A stretch of 64,000 bases of DNA, from positions 51,691-115,690 of the forward strand of contig JABCTZ010000001.1 of NCBI GenBank assembly GCA_018238155.1. The letters run 5' to 3'. The DNA is from Candidatus Heimdallarchaeota archaeon (GTDB lineage Archaea; Asgardarchaeota; Heimdallarchaeia; JABLTI01). Below are positions 39,162 to 49,084 of the stretch, one piece after another. Below the pieces are notes generated by a model. The model was not told where the DNA came from, made no database searches, and worked only from the letters and a program-made list of their open reading frames with translations. A program made the translations under genes and the position numbers. Every line of letters begins with the position of its first letter. The first letter of the stretch is position 1.

Positions 39162-41846
39162 ATGATGAAAATATTTTATAACTTACTTTCGAAGAAAAAT
39201 TCTCTAATTAAGCAGATTATGATATATAGTTTGATAATAATTGTTTCTGTAAGTGTTTTATATCTACCTCAAGTAGCTAACCCTCATAATCTTAGAAATT
39301 ATTTCAGGAATTTTAGCAATGGTGGATTATATTTCAAAGAAGGCACCATTGATTGGGATCGATATGGATATGACTTTGAAACAACAGCTGGGCAGTCTAG
39401 CTCTTTAGGCTTCTTTGATAATTTTTCTGATATTTTAGAAACAACATCCAAAGAAGTTTATGGTTTATTTGAACCTTCAGAGTATTATTGTATTTCAAAA
39501 CTAAATATTTACATCAATAATTTGACTATCGATAATCAATTTTCTTTGATTCCAATAAGCTCTAGATTCTATAATGAAATAGGAAAATTATTGAATACTA
39601 CTTTCATCGGTGGGTCATTAATTATTACGAATACCTCAAGTTTCTCATCAGGTTCATACAATATAACTTATAATAATCAAAATACCTCTATTTCAATAAA
39701 TTATCTTATTGAAAGCAATCTAATAGAAACATATTATCCTTCTCTGAAACATCAAATCTTTGGAAATCAACAAAATGATAATTTAACAAATATTATTTTA
39801 ATGCCTGTGGTTGAATTCTCTCCAATATTTGATAATCTAGAAAAGTCTTTTAGTAATAAATATCATTTTGAAGTTTATATCAAGTTTTCTGATTTTCAAA
39901 AGGATGTTATATTTTGGTCTATTAATTCTCAATCATTATTACTAGATTTTGAAGAGACTTTAATTGCTAACCTCCAATCAGTTGAATCAACTTTAACAAT
40001 TCAATTTTTTAGGAATCAAGATTTTTCGATAGCGAATAATTCCATCTTAATCAAGACTATTTTTTCATTTATTCGTGGTATCCAAATTACCATTTGGATA
40101 ATATCAATAGCTATTGTAGGATTAACAATTTCACAAGTTAAAAAGAGTGGGCTAAAAAAAGAAATGCGTATTTTAATGGCTGGAGAAAAATGGTCTACTC
40201 GATTAATCAGCCATTTTTCTGAAATATCTATTATTGAATTCTGTAGTTGCTTGATAGCATTACCAATTTCATTTCTATTTATGAAAGCTCAGATTTTAAT
40301 TGGATTAGATTTTAGTTTTACAAAAGCAATGGCTTTGGGGTATGGACTGATTCCTATCTGTTTTCTATGCCTGTTATTTGGTTTTTATTTTGATTTTGAA
40401 TTTTATCTTCGACGTATTTTAGAAACTGGTTTTTCATCTGAAAAATATCGTCCATTCACAAAAATACCAAATATCGTCAAAGTAATGCTTATTCCAGTTG
40501 CATTCCTTTTAGTTTGGTTATTGAACAAATCACTTACTTCACTTTTGTTTCAATTAGGTTATATTATTGTTGTAATTATAATTGCATCTTTGGTTGGTTT
40601 TTTGATAAAATCTTTGCTTAAAGTAATATATCGGTTTAGTATTAAAAGAAAAAGGAAAGTGGATCAACCTCGTTCAGTTTTCAATATTATTTGTCAATTA
40701 TTTAACAAATCACTTGTAAATAGGGTTCGAGTCTTTTCTTTTCTATTAACAATTGTTTCTTTAATGTTCTTTTATACAGCTATTACTGCTGATGGTTTTA
40801 AAAATGGTTATTTATTAATGCACGGCAGTGAGATAAGTGTTACTGTAAATGCCGATTCAAATTCAACGTTGATTAAAGATACACTCATTAATAATTCCAA
40901 TATTCTTGATTATACAATTATATCTATGATTAATCACAACCAAGTGTATAATATTACGGTATTGAAAGAATCTTTTGATAATGATTCATGTTCAATTTAT
41001 GGTTTGAATATAGATGATTATTTCAACTTTTATAAGACTTGGAATAAGCGAAATTGGCTTCAAAGTGGAACACTTGATGCTTTAGATAACCAATCAATAT
41101 TTGTAAGCTTAAAATTCAAAGAGTATAATTATGACATCGGTGATAATTTAGTATTAAAAGATAATTTATCTTTAACCATAGCTGGTTTTTTGAATGAGTG
41201 GTCTGGTATTTCTGATATATATTGCACAAAAAGTCAATTAATAGTAGCTCTGACTCAACCTGATATGTTACATATTCAAGGTTTTGCTGGTAATGGTTCT
41301 GTTTCTTATACCTATAAGATTCATGTCAAACCAAAGAATATTATTCCAACAGTTAATTACTTAAATGAGAAACTGTCTGCATTAGATTCATTTGAGGAAA
41401 TAACTGCTATCGATTTCATGATTTTTATAGGAGTCCGAATCGTTTTCTTATATCCTATTTGTTTACTTTTTGAGCTTTTCATATTAATCATGATTGCTCT
41501 AACTATATATTCAAATATCGTACCAATGCAATCAAATGAAAATTTCAAGTTATTTGGTTTAATTTCAATGAATGCTGATTACAGGAAACCCTTTAGGAAT
41601 TATAAGATCTTTGAAAATATTCTATTTAGCTTTTTGTTCGTTTTGATTCTTTCATTATTTTTATTACTGGGTAGTATTTCTTGGGTTCTATTATCCCCGG
41701 GTGATTTTTCTTTCTCCTCTCAAACAATACTATATACGGGAATATTTTTCGCTCTTTATATTGCTCTCTTATTCATACAGAGTTCAATAGAATACATTAG
41801 TTTCAAGAAACTAAAATTAAATTTACTATATCGTCATTCAGAATGA
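39162..41846 (+). CDS. Large FtsX/MacB-like ABC permease, cassette copy 2
   Basis: Paralogue of 15880-18621 (Q.A.PH..R..F, DFE..LR, Y.PF.KIP, LWLLN.SL, IAGFL..W.GI, LL.RH.E). Confidence 0.7.
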   Translation: MMKIFYNLLSKKNSLIKQIMIYSLIIIVSVSVLYLPQVANPHNLRNYFRNFSNGGLYFKEGTIDWDRYGYDFETTAGQSSSLGFFDNFSDILETTSKEVYGLFEPSEYYCISKLNIYINNLTIDNQFSLIPISSRFYNEIGKLLNTTFIGGSLIITNTSSFSSGSYNITYNNQNTSISINYLIESNLIETYYPSLKHQIFGNQQNDNLTNIILMPVVEFSPIFDNLEKSFSNKYHFEVYIKFSDFQKDVIFWSINSQSLLLDFEETLIANLQSVESTLTIQFFRNQDFSIANNSILIKTIFSFIRGIQITIWIISIAIVGLTISQVKKSGLKKEMRILMAGEKWSTRLISHFSEISIIEFCSCLIALPISFLFMKAQILIGLDFSFTKAMALGYGLIPICFLCLLFGFYFDFEFYLRRILETGFSSEKYRPFTKIPNIVKVMLIPVAFLLVWLLNKSLTSLLFQLGYIIVVIIIASLVGFLIKSLLKVIYRFSIKRKRKVDQPRSVFNIICQLFNKSLVNRVRVFSFLLTIVSLMFFYTAITADGFKNGYLLMHGSEISVTVNADSNSTLIKDTLINNSNILDYTIISMINHNQVYNITVLKESFDNDSCSIYGLNIDDYFNFYKTWNKRNWLQSGTLDALDNQSIFVSLKFKEYNYDIGDNLVLKDNLSLTIAGFLNEWSGISDIYCTKSQLIVALTQPDMLHIQGFAGNGSVSYTYKIHVKPKNIIPTVNYLNEKLSALDSFEEITAIDFMIFIGVRIVFLYPICLLFELFILIMIALTIYSNIVPMQSNENFKLFGLISMNADYRKPFRNYKIFENILFSFLFVLILSLFLLLGSISWVLLSPGDFSFSSQTILYTGIFFALYIALLFIQSSIEYISFKKLKLNLLYRHSE

Positions 41847-41863
41847 ATATCGGAGGTAATAAT

Positions 41864-42565
41864 ATGGCTAATACTATAAATAAAATATCTGCGCACGAGA
41901 TTACAAAAATCTATCCTCATCCTAATAAAAAAGATGTTAATTTCCCTGTTTTTGCTGGTGCATCTTTCATTATTACTAGTGAGTCTATTAATTACCTATT
42001 GGGTTCTTCGGGATCGGGCAAAACAACATTGCTAAGAATGCTTCATGGGATTGAAAAAATTAACGCTGGAGAATTAATATTCAATGATGTTGTGATTAAT
42101 AGTTTAAGTGGAAAAGAAAGAATTACTTATTTAAAAGATGTTGGTTATATGGATCAATTTCCCTCTGATTACTTGTCAACAAACCTTACTGTTGCACAAA
42201 ATTTGGATTATTCTTTGTTGCTTCATCAAAGCTTACCGAGAGAGATACGAAAAAAGAAAATCGATGATATCGCAACTAAATTTCATTTATCAAACCTTCT
42301 TCAACAGAAAACTCTTTCAATTTCAGGAGGGGAAATGAGGCGTTTAGGTTTAGCTTGCAGTATTATTTTTCAACCAAAAATTCTTCTCTGTGATGAACCA
42401 ACAGCTCAATTAGATAATGAAAATAAGAAAGATATTATGAAGATTTTTCATGAAATTGTATCAGAATTTAATCCAATTATCCTTATTGTGACCCATGATA
42501 ATTCAATTACAGATCCAAAATTTACACTTAAGATAGTTGACAGGAGGATCCAACAATGGAGTTAA
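41864..42565 (+). CDS. ABC transporter ATP-binding protein, copy 2a
   Basis: GSSGSGKT, ISGGE, CDEPTAQLD, VTHD; GGAGG precedes ATG 41864. Confidence 0.93.
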   Translation: MANTINKISAHEITKIYPHPNKKDVNFPVFAGASFIITSESINYLLGSSGSGKTTLLRMLHGIEKINAGELIFNDVVINSLSGKERITYLKDVGYMDQFPSDYLSTNLTVAQNLDYSLLLHQSLPREIRKKKIDDIATKFHLSNLLQQKTLSISGGEMRRLGLACSIIFQPKILLCDEPTAQLDNENKKDIMKIFHEIVSEFNPIILIVTHDNSITDPKFTLKIVDRRIQQWS

Positions 42566-43230
42566 TAAGATTAGAACATATTCAATTTTCATTTGGTAAT
42601 AATTCAAAAGAACAAAAAAAAATTTTGGCTGATATCAATTTAACTATCACTAAAGGGGACTTTCATCTCATAACAGGTCCTTCTGGATCGGGTAAAACAA
42701 CCTTATTACAGATACTTGCTACTTTGTTATTTCCAACAAGTGGTAAATACTATTACGTAAACCAAGAGATCAATCGAAATTCTTCCATAGAGGAATTATC
42801 ATCTCTCAGATTAAAAATTGGTTATTTATTTCAAACTCCTTTTTTACCAAATAACCTTAAAGTCAAAGATTATATTGAAATTCAAGCCGAATTATCAGGA
42901 ATGGGTATAGCTTCTGCAGAAAAGAAGTCATTGAGTTTATTAGAAGATTTTGGCATCGTAAATTTAGCTTCATTAAAACCTGGAACTCTAAGTGGTGGAG
43001 AAAAACAAAGAGTTGCATTAGCTGGTCTTTTTATTAAAAACAGCAAACTTTTGTTATTTGATGAACCTACAGGATCACTTGATTATGAAAATAAAAAAAT
43101 ATTTTGGGAATTACTAGTACAAGCAAAAAAACAAGATACGACTGTAATAACAGTCTCACATGATGAATCATTATCAGCTTTTTGTGACCATTGTTTCAAT
43201 TTGGATTATGGAGTTTTAACCCCTCTATAA
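42556..43230 (+). CDS. ABC transporter ATP-binding protein, copy 2b
   Basis: GPSGSGKT, LSGGEKQR, DEPTGSLD, VSHD. Confidence 0.93.
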   Translation: MELIRLEHIQFSFGNNSKEQKKILADINLTITKGDFHLITGPSGSGKTTLLQILATLLFPTSGKYYYVNQEINRNSSIEELSSLRLKIGYLFQTPFLPNNLKVKDYIEIQAELSGMGIASAEKKSLSLLEDFGIVNLASLKPGTLSGGEKQRVALAGLFIKNSKLLLFDEPTGSLDYENKKIFWELLVQAKKQDTTVITVSHDESLSAFCDHCFNLDYGVLTPL

Positions 43231-43345
43231 ATAATGTTTAAATAAAAAAGGGAAATAACTCTTAACCATATTTTCTTCTTTTTATTGATTAGTCAGAATT
43301 TGTAAAAAGAGGTTTTATTCATCAGTGATAACTATTTTTTATAAT

Positions 43346-43380
43346 AAAAAAAAAAATAGACTATTGGAAAAAATCCAATA
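43346..43380 (-). terminator. Hairpin plus T-tract after sucD
   Basis: TATTGGA-N5-TCCAATA, followed on the minus strand by T11. Confidence 0.55.
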
Positions 43381-43390
43381 ATTCTTGTCT

Positions 43391-44260
43391 TTAGTTCAAT
43401 TTTTCTAAGATCATTTTTGGTACTTCGCTCAATAAGCGTGCAACACTTACTCCTGCTTCTTCAAGAACTTTGATCTTGGAGGCAGCAGTACCTTTGCCAC
43501 CTGAGACTATTGCACCTGCATGACCCATTTTCTTTCCCGGAGGGGCATTACGTCCACCAATAAAAGCAACAACTGGTTTCTTTACATGTTTCTTGATGTA
43601 AGCAGCAGCATGTTCTTCTTCTGTTCCACCGATTTCACCAATGAGAACAATTGCTTCTGTGTTTGGATCTTTCTCGAACATTTCTAAGCCTTCTAGAAAA
43701 CCGAGACCATGAGATGGATCGCCACCTATACCAATACAAACAGTTTGACCGAGTCCTTCGAGAGTTATGTTTCTAATAACTTCATAGGATAGTGTGCCAC
43801 TTCGTGCAACAACACCAACATTACCTGGTTTAAAGATTGAATTGGGCATAATGCCGATTTTGCAGCCGTCTGTTGAGACAAGTCCTGGAGTATTAGGTCC
43901 GAGAATAACAATTCCTTTTCCTTTTGCACGTTTGACCGCTCTAGCAGCATCCCAAACTGGAACTTCTTCTGTTATACAAACGATAAGTTGAATGTCATTA
44001 TCAATCGCTTCATTGAGAGCCGAACCGGTATATTTTGCTGGAACAAAAATAACTGTTGCATCGATTTCATGTTCTACTTTAGCTTCCTTGATAGAATTAT
44101 AAACTGGCACTCCATGAACTTCTTGACCACCTCTTTTTGGTGTGACACCAGCAACAACTTTGGTTCCGTAATCTAGCATAGCTTTGGTATGGAATGTACC
44201 TTGGTTTCCAGTAATTCCTTGCACTAAAACTTTAGTATCTTTATTAACAAGAATCTTCAT
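43391..44260 (-). CDS. sucD: Succinyl-CoA synthetase alpha subunit
   Basis: VQGITG, GPNTPG, RSGTL, IGEIGG and MGHAGA motifs. Confidence 0.96.
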   Translation of the reverse strand: MKILVNKDTKVLVQGITGNQGTFHTKAMLDYGTKVVAGVTPKRGGQEVHGVPVYNSIKEAKVEHEIDATVIFVPAKYTGSALNEAIDNDIQLIVCITEEVPVWDAARAVKRAKGKGIVILGPNTPGLVSTDGCKIGIMPNSIFKPGNVGVVARSGTLSYEVIRNITLEGLGQTVCIGIGGDPSHGLGFLEGLEMFEKDPNTEAIVLIGEIGGTEEEHAAAYIKKHVKKPVVAFIGGRNAPPGKKMGHAGAIVSGGKGTAASKIKVLEEAGVSVARLLSEVPKMILEKLN

Positions 44261-44275
44261 TAATTTTCACCAACC

Positions 44276-45430
44276 TTATTTTGCCTTAGCAATTTCAACT
44301 GCTTTTCTAACAGCTGGTTCCATCTCAGTAAAAGCATTCATTCCTGCTTTTTCGAGGATTTCCATACCTTCTTTTTGTTTTGTTCCGACTAATCGAACTA
44401 CAAAAGGCATTTCAAGACCGAGTTCTTTACGAGCATTCGCTACTCCTTCTGCAACATGATCGCATCTGGTTATACCTCCGAAAATATTAATCAACAAAAC
44501 GTCAATAGACTTTCCAGTTTCACCAACTTCTTTTACGATGCTTAGAGCTTTTAGCACTCGTTCAGTATTTGCTCCACCACCAAGGTCTAAGAAGTTTGCT
44601 GCACTACCACCAAATTCTGCAATGAGATCAACAGTACCCATTACTAATCCTGCACCATTTCCTATGATACCAATATCACCATCCAATCTTACGAAGGCAA
44701 CATCATAGCTTTGTGCTTTATCTTCCAATGGATCATCTGGAATGCGTTTTTCCATGAATTGTTGATAGAGGGGATTTCTGTAAATAGCATTATCATCAAT
44801 TATCACTTTAGAGTCCAAAGCAATAATTTTCTCACCTTCTAGGACAGCCATAGGATTTATTTCAACTAATTGAATATCTCTTGTATGCATTGCATTCCAC
44901 ATTTTCACTAGGATATCAGAAAGTTGTTCTAGTTCGGTTCCTTTAAACCCTAAGCTTGCCGCTAAATCTGTGGCATCTTTTGCTGAAAATTCGTAATCAA
45001 TATCAAATCGAATATTCTTTACTTTTTCTGGTGTTTTAGCTGCAACGGCTTCAATATCTACTCCACCTTCTGTGCTCAATATGAAGATAATCTCTCGAGA
45101 GAAAGTATCGAACATTGAGCTGATGTATAACTCATTGGTTATTGTTACAGCCTTTTCTATCAAGACATTTTGAACTTTCATGTCTTTGATTGTTCCCTTA
45201 AGAATCTTAGGAGTTACTTCCTCCAATTCCTTCTTATCTTTGACCACCTTGATTAAACCTGCTTTGCCTCGACCACCAGTTAGGATTTGTCCTTTGACAA
45301 CGACAGGATAACCAAGTTCTTCCCCTGCAGTTATTGCTTCTTGTAAATTATAAGCAACTAAGCCCGGGAGGATTGGTATTCCAACTTCTTCGAAAACTTT
45401 TTTTCCTTCAAATTCTAATAAAAGACCCAA
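44276..45430 (-). CDS. sucC: Succinyl-CoA synthetase beta subunit
   Basis: GGRGKAG, EINP, GNGAGL, ANFLD.GGG and NIFGGI.RCD motifs; TTG at 45430 follows GGAG. Confidence 0.95.
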   Translation of the reverse strand: MGLLLEFEGKKVFEEVGIPILPGLVAYNLQEAITAGEELGYPVVVKGQILTGGRGKAGLIKVVKDKKELEEVTPKILKGTIKDMKVQNVLIEKAVTITNELYISSMFDTFSREIIFILSTEGGVDIEAVAAKTPEKVKNIRFDIDYEFSAKDATDLAASLGFKGTELEQLSDILVKMWNAMHTRDIQLVEINPMAVLEGEKIIALDSKVIIDDNAIYRNPLYQQFMEKRIPDDPLEDKAQSYDVAFVRLDGDIGIIGNGAGLVMGTVDLIAEFGGSAANFLDLGGGANTERVLKALSIVKEVGETGKSIDVLLINIFGGITRCDHVAEGVANARKELGLEMPFVVRLVGTKQKEGMEILEKAGMNAFTEMEPAVRKAVEIAKAK

Positions 45431-45668
45431 GTGACTAAACTCCATATTAGTTTGTCTTTTTGTTTTTAACAAATAATTTGATTTTTAGTTCTTTTCATAT
45501 TGAACTATTTATTCAAACGTTCTATTCGCTGTCTTTTTTTTATAAAAGATTTTTGAAAGAAATCATTTTGAATATAGCTTTATTTTCAATTTAAATGAAG
45601 AAAGTTTAAATCAAGCACAGCTGAAAAATAAATAATTGAGCTAGCGGTTAAAACTAGCTGTCTTTTTT

Positions 45669-46442
45669 TCATTCTTCTTTCTCAGAAGCATCAATTGATT
45701 CCTCTGTAAAAGGGTCTGGTCCTTCTAAATCGTCTAGCATACTTGGAAATGCCTTTTTTGCATCATCCTTATCCACTAAAATGCTAGATTCGATATCATC
45801 TTGAGATTTATCTTTTAGGTCTTCTAAACCAATTCGCTGAATAAAGCTATCAATTGAATGAGAATCTCTTTGGCCGGTTTTTTTCTCTCGAATAATTCGT
45901 TTTGTTCTCCAACCAAGCTGTCTTTTAAGAACACCTGCATCTTGCGATAAACCAAAATAATCAGAAAACATTGGTGTGGTTCTTAACTCCAGTGTTTGTT
46001 TCACTCGGACAGATTTAACAAAACCATTTCTAATTAGACTTTTAATATGATTATAGGATTGCTGTCCTCTCACTTTAACAACAGTGGATTGCATAACAGG
46101 TTGCTGATAGGCAACCATTGCTAACGTTCGTAATTCTGCTATCGTGAGAATAGGTTGCAAAGTTATTTCTTTAACGATCTCTCCAATATCAGCTTTCACT
46201 TGAAAAACGAATTTCTTACCTGGTAATTCGATTATCTCAAAACAACTGAAAAATTGCCGATACTTATTTTGTAATTCTTTGATTAAAGAACCGATTTTAG
46301 AAGTGTCAATTTCAGTTACATGTGCTAATTCTAAAAGTTGAACTGGTCTTCCAGCCAAGTAAAGTGCTGCTTCTATTGTTTGTTGTTTCTTCAAAGATAA
46401 TAGATCTTTTTCTTCCTCAGAGAGAGGTAATTGTTCGTCCAT
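45669..46442 (-). CDS. scpB: SMC-Scp complex subunit ScpB
   Basis: IEAALY, L.TLA.VAY.QP, VRG and TT..F.DYFGL motifs. Confidence 0.9.
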   Translation of the reverse strand: MDEQLPLSEEEKDLLSLKKQQTIEAALYLAGRPVQLLELAHVTEIDTSKIGSLIKELQNKYRQFFSCFEIIELPGKKFVFQVKADIGEIVKEITLQPILTIAELRTLAMVAYQQPVMQSTVVKVRGQQSYNHIKSLIRNGFVKSVRVKQTLELRTTPMFSDYFGLSQDAGVLKRQLGWRTKRIIREKKTGQRDSHSIDSFIQRIGLEDLKDKSQDDIESSILVDKDDAKKAFPSMLDDLEGPDPFTEESIDASEKEE

Positions 46443-46676
46443 ATGTTATTTTTGAATGTCACCATTATTAATTCTTCTATTATCTTTTTCTTCTTGGAAT
46501 AGTACCAAATGGTAAAACTAGTAATTCCACATATTTTGATTGCTGTCCAAATAATTAGAAAAAATTCTTCTTCGTACTAATCCGATATTTTTCACTAAAT
46601 ATCTTAAATTTCTTACTGGTCACTCTTACCCAATTGGGAAAAATAGAGTGTCCACTTAAATAAAACATAGATATTC

Positions 46677-48188
46677 ATGGAAGATGAGATAATGGTTGAT
46701 AGCAAACTCGAAGAATTTGATAATGGATTAGAATTGAATGGAGTAAATCAAGCAGAGATCGTACAAGAAGAGAAAAAGAGATTTAGAGATTTTTTATTCT
46801 TCTTTTCAGGTCAACAGATTTCGATATTAGGTTCCTCTGTAGTATCATTTGTGCTTATTTGGTGGATGTCAGAAACCACTCAAAGTGAACTTATGCTAGG
46901 TTTGGCTGCATTAGCTAGTTTAGGTCCATTTCTACTAGTAGCTCCATTTTCTGGCGTTATTGCTGATAGAGCTAAAAGAAAACCATTATTGTTTACCGTT
47001 GATACAATTCAAGCTCTATTTACTGTTATGCTTACGATTATTTTTATGATATTTTATGTACCAAATCCTGCAGATCCAACACAGATATCAAATAAAACAC
47101 TGCTAATTGTGAGTGTTTTTATCACTTTAGGTTTGCGAGGCGCGATGCAAGCTTTCCATTCTCCTGTAGTAAGTGCTTTGATTCCAACAATGGTCCCTCA
47201 AAAACACCTTGGTAGAATGAATGGTGCAGCTTATCTTGTGAGTGGTGTAATTCAAGTTATTGGTCCAGCTTTGGGTGCGTTGTTATTGAATATATTTGAT
47301 CTAAGTTTAACAATGTGGATTGATGCTATTACTTTCGCAATTGCAGTCATTCCATTATTATTGATTAAAATACCTTCACCTGTTCAACAAGAAAAAAAAT
47401 ATCAATCAAAATTCTCTGCTCAATTCAAAGAAGGTTTTACTGTAATTAAAGACATAAAAGGATTATTGGCGATTATGATTGGTGCTACTTTAATCAACTT
47501 CTTCTTTTCTCCAATAAGCACTCTATTACCGTTATTTGTTAGTAAAGTTCACGGAGGTACAGAGGTGAATTATGCTCTTGTTATTGGGTTCATGCAAGTT
47601 GGAATAATACTTGGTGGTCTTTTTATGACTTTTTTCAAGGGATTCAAAAATATGATAAGAGCTGTTTTGGTTTGTGTGCTGATATTATTTGCAGCAGAGG
47701 TCGCACTTGTATTTGTTCCAGTAACGTTGCCAATTAGATTCTGGCTCATTGGTTTAATCCTCTTCATTGGGATGATTCCTAATCCAATGGCAAATGTTAG
47801 TTTCAGTACTTCTTTACAACTTATTATTCCAAAAGAAAAAATGGGTCGAGTAAGTTCTACAACAATGTTTATGTCTATGGCAATATCTCCAATTGGAATG
47901 TTCTTATCAGGTTTAATAGGTGAATATGTTTCTATTGGAATTCTATTTGCTGTTTCAGGAGTTTTGGGTGCAATTATTTTCCTAGCAATTTACTTCTTTA
48001 CACCGGCAAAACACTTAGATGATTCTATTAAATTAAAAATCGCTGAATTAGCAAAAGAAAAAGAAGAATCCTCTAAAGCACTTAATAGTTCCAAAGACAT
48101 TTTTGATAATACATCTGAATTAAAGCAACCATTGGAACCTTATGTTCTAGATAAGGATATTAGAATTGGTGATTCAACAATGGAATAG
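46677..48188 (+). CDS. MFS transporter (MefA/DHA3-like)
   Basis: GQ.IS.LGS, GVIADR..RK, VPQKHLGR and IP.E.MGRV motifs. Confidence 0.88.
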   Translation: MEDEIMVDSKLEEFDNGLELNGVNQAEIVQEEKKRFRDFLFFFSGQQISILGSSVVSFVLIWWMSETTQSELMLGLAALASLGPFLLVAPFSGVIADRAKRKPLLFTVDTIQALFTVMLTIIFMIFYVPNPADPTQISNKTLLIVSVFITLGLRGAMQAFHSPVVSALIPTMVPQKHLGRMNGAAYLVSGVIQVIGPALGALLLNIFDLSLTMWIDAITFAIAVIPLLLIKIPSPVQQEKKYQSKFSAQFKEGFTVIKDIKGLLAIMIGATLINFFFSPISTLLPLFVSKVHGGTEVNYALVIGFMQVGIILGGLFMTFFKGFKNMIRAVLVCVLILFAAEVALVFVPVTLPIRFWLIGLILFIGMIPNPMANVSFSTSLQLIIPKEKMGRVSSTTMFMSMAISPIGMFLSGLIGEYVSIGILFAVSGVLGAIIFLAIYFFTPAKHLDDSIKLKIAELAKEKEESSKALNSSKDIFDNTSELKQPLEPYVLDKDIRIGDSTME

Positions 48189-48242
48189 TTTTTCATTTAA
48201 ATTATATACAAAACTTTTTAGTAATAAGTAGAAATAATTGGC

Positions 48243-48326
48243 TTGGAGAATGATGATACAACGCCCCAGCCTGACGGCGCCTCCACGCCACAAAAATGAT
48301 GAGCATGCGACGAACTGACTCCTCAA
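48243..48326 (+). ncRNA. Box C/D sRNA (dual 2'-O-methylation guide)
   Basis: C ATGATGA 48250-56, D' CTGA 48271-74, C' ATGATGA 48296-302, D CTGA 48315-18; terminal stem GGAG/CTCC; GC-rich island in an AT-rich spacer. Confidence 0.88.
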
Positions 48327-48437
48327 TTTGTATTTTGTTTTTTCTTTTGATTTACTAAGATAAAACACTACTAACAAACACTAAAATAAAAGTTTTAAAT
48401 CAAAACAATTTCCTCATAAGATAATTGAGGTCACAAT

Positions 48438-49046
48438 ATGAAATTCTATCTAATTAGGCATGGTCAAAGTGAAGATAACATAAACAAAGTAGTATCTGGT
48501 CATAGAGCAACACCCTTAACTGATTTAGGGAGAGAACAAGCACAATCTTTAGGTCAACAAATCTTAGAAAAAAGAATAAAGTTTGATGTTGCTTATTCGT
48601 CTGATTTGAAAAGAGCTTCAGAAACAGCTACTATAATATGTAACGACCTTGGTATTGAAAATATTATTTTTGATAAAAGATTGAGAGAAGGAGATTCAGG
48701 AGATTTCACCGGAAAGTTATCAGCAGATTTTACAAAAGAAGAGAGAGAATATTTTGATTCATTATTAGTAAATCTAAAAGAGAAAATTATTGGTGGAGAA
48801 AGTAATTATGATATGACTGTGCGGATACAAGAAGCATTTTATGAAGTTGTAGAAAATAACCCAGAGAATTCTACAATCTTACTTGTTGGTCATGGTGGAA
48901 CTTTGTATCATATTTTGGTTTTAATCTTAAATCTTTTGCCGAGAAAATTAGATGAATGGTTTGGAAACTGTATGTTAAACGTTCTTGAAAGAGATTCAAA
49001 AAGTGATCCATGGAAACTTTCTATGCTCAATAACAAAAAATTATAA
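48438..49046 (+). CDS. Histidine phosphatase (phosphoglycerate mutase family)
   Basis: RHGQS, SSDL.RA, LRE, GGES and HGG motifs. Confidence 0.93.
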   Translation: MKFYLIRHGQSEDNINKVVSGHRATPLTDLGREQAQSLGQQILEKRIKFDVAYSSDLKRASETATIICNDLGIENIIFDKRLREGDSGDFTGKLSADFTKEEREYFDSLLVNLKEKIIGGESNYDMTVRIQEAFYEVVENNPENSTILLVGHGGTLYHILVLILNLLPRKLDEWFGNCMLNVLERDSKSDPWKLSMLNNKKL

Positions 49047-49084
49047 AGAGAGAGCGATTTAATCGCACTGTTTTCACTTAATTA

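Noticed and set aside
15181-43230. A composite transposon or prophage bounded by the two 120-bp repeats
   Set aside because: The intervening DNA is core housekeeping; no transposase, integrase or target-site duplication was seen. The repeats are promoters of paralogous cassettes.
48174-48377. 67-aa minus-strand ORF
   Set aside because: It is antisense to the C/D sRNA and has no protein features.
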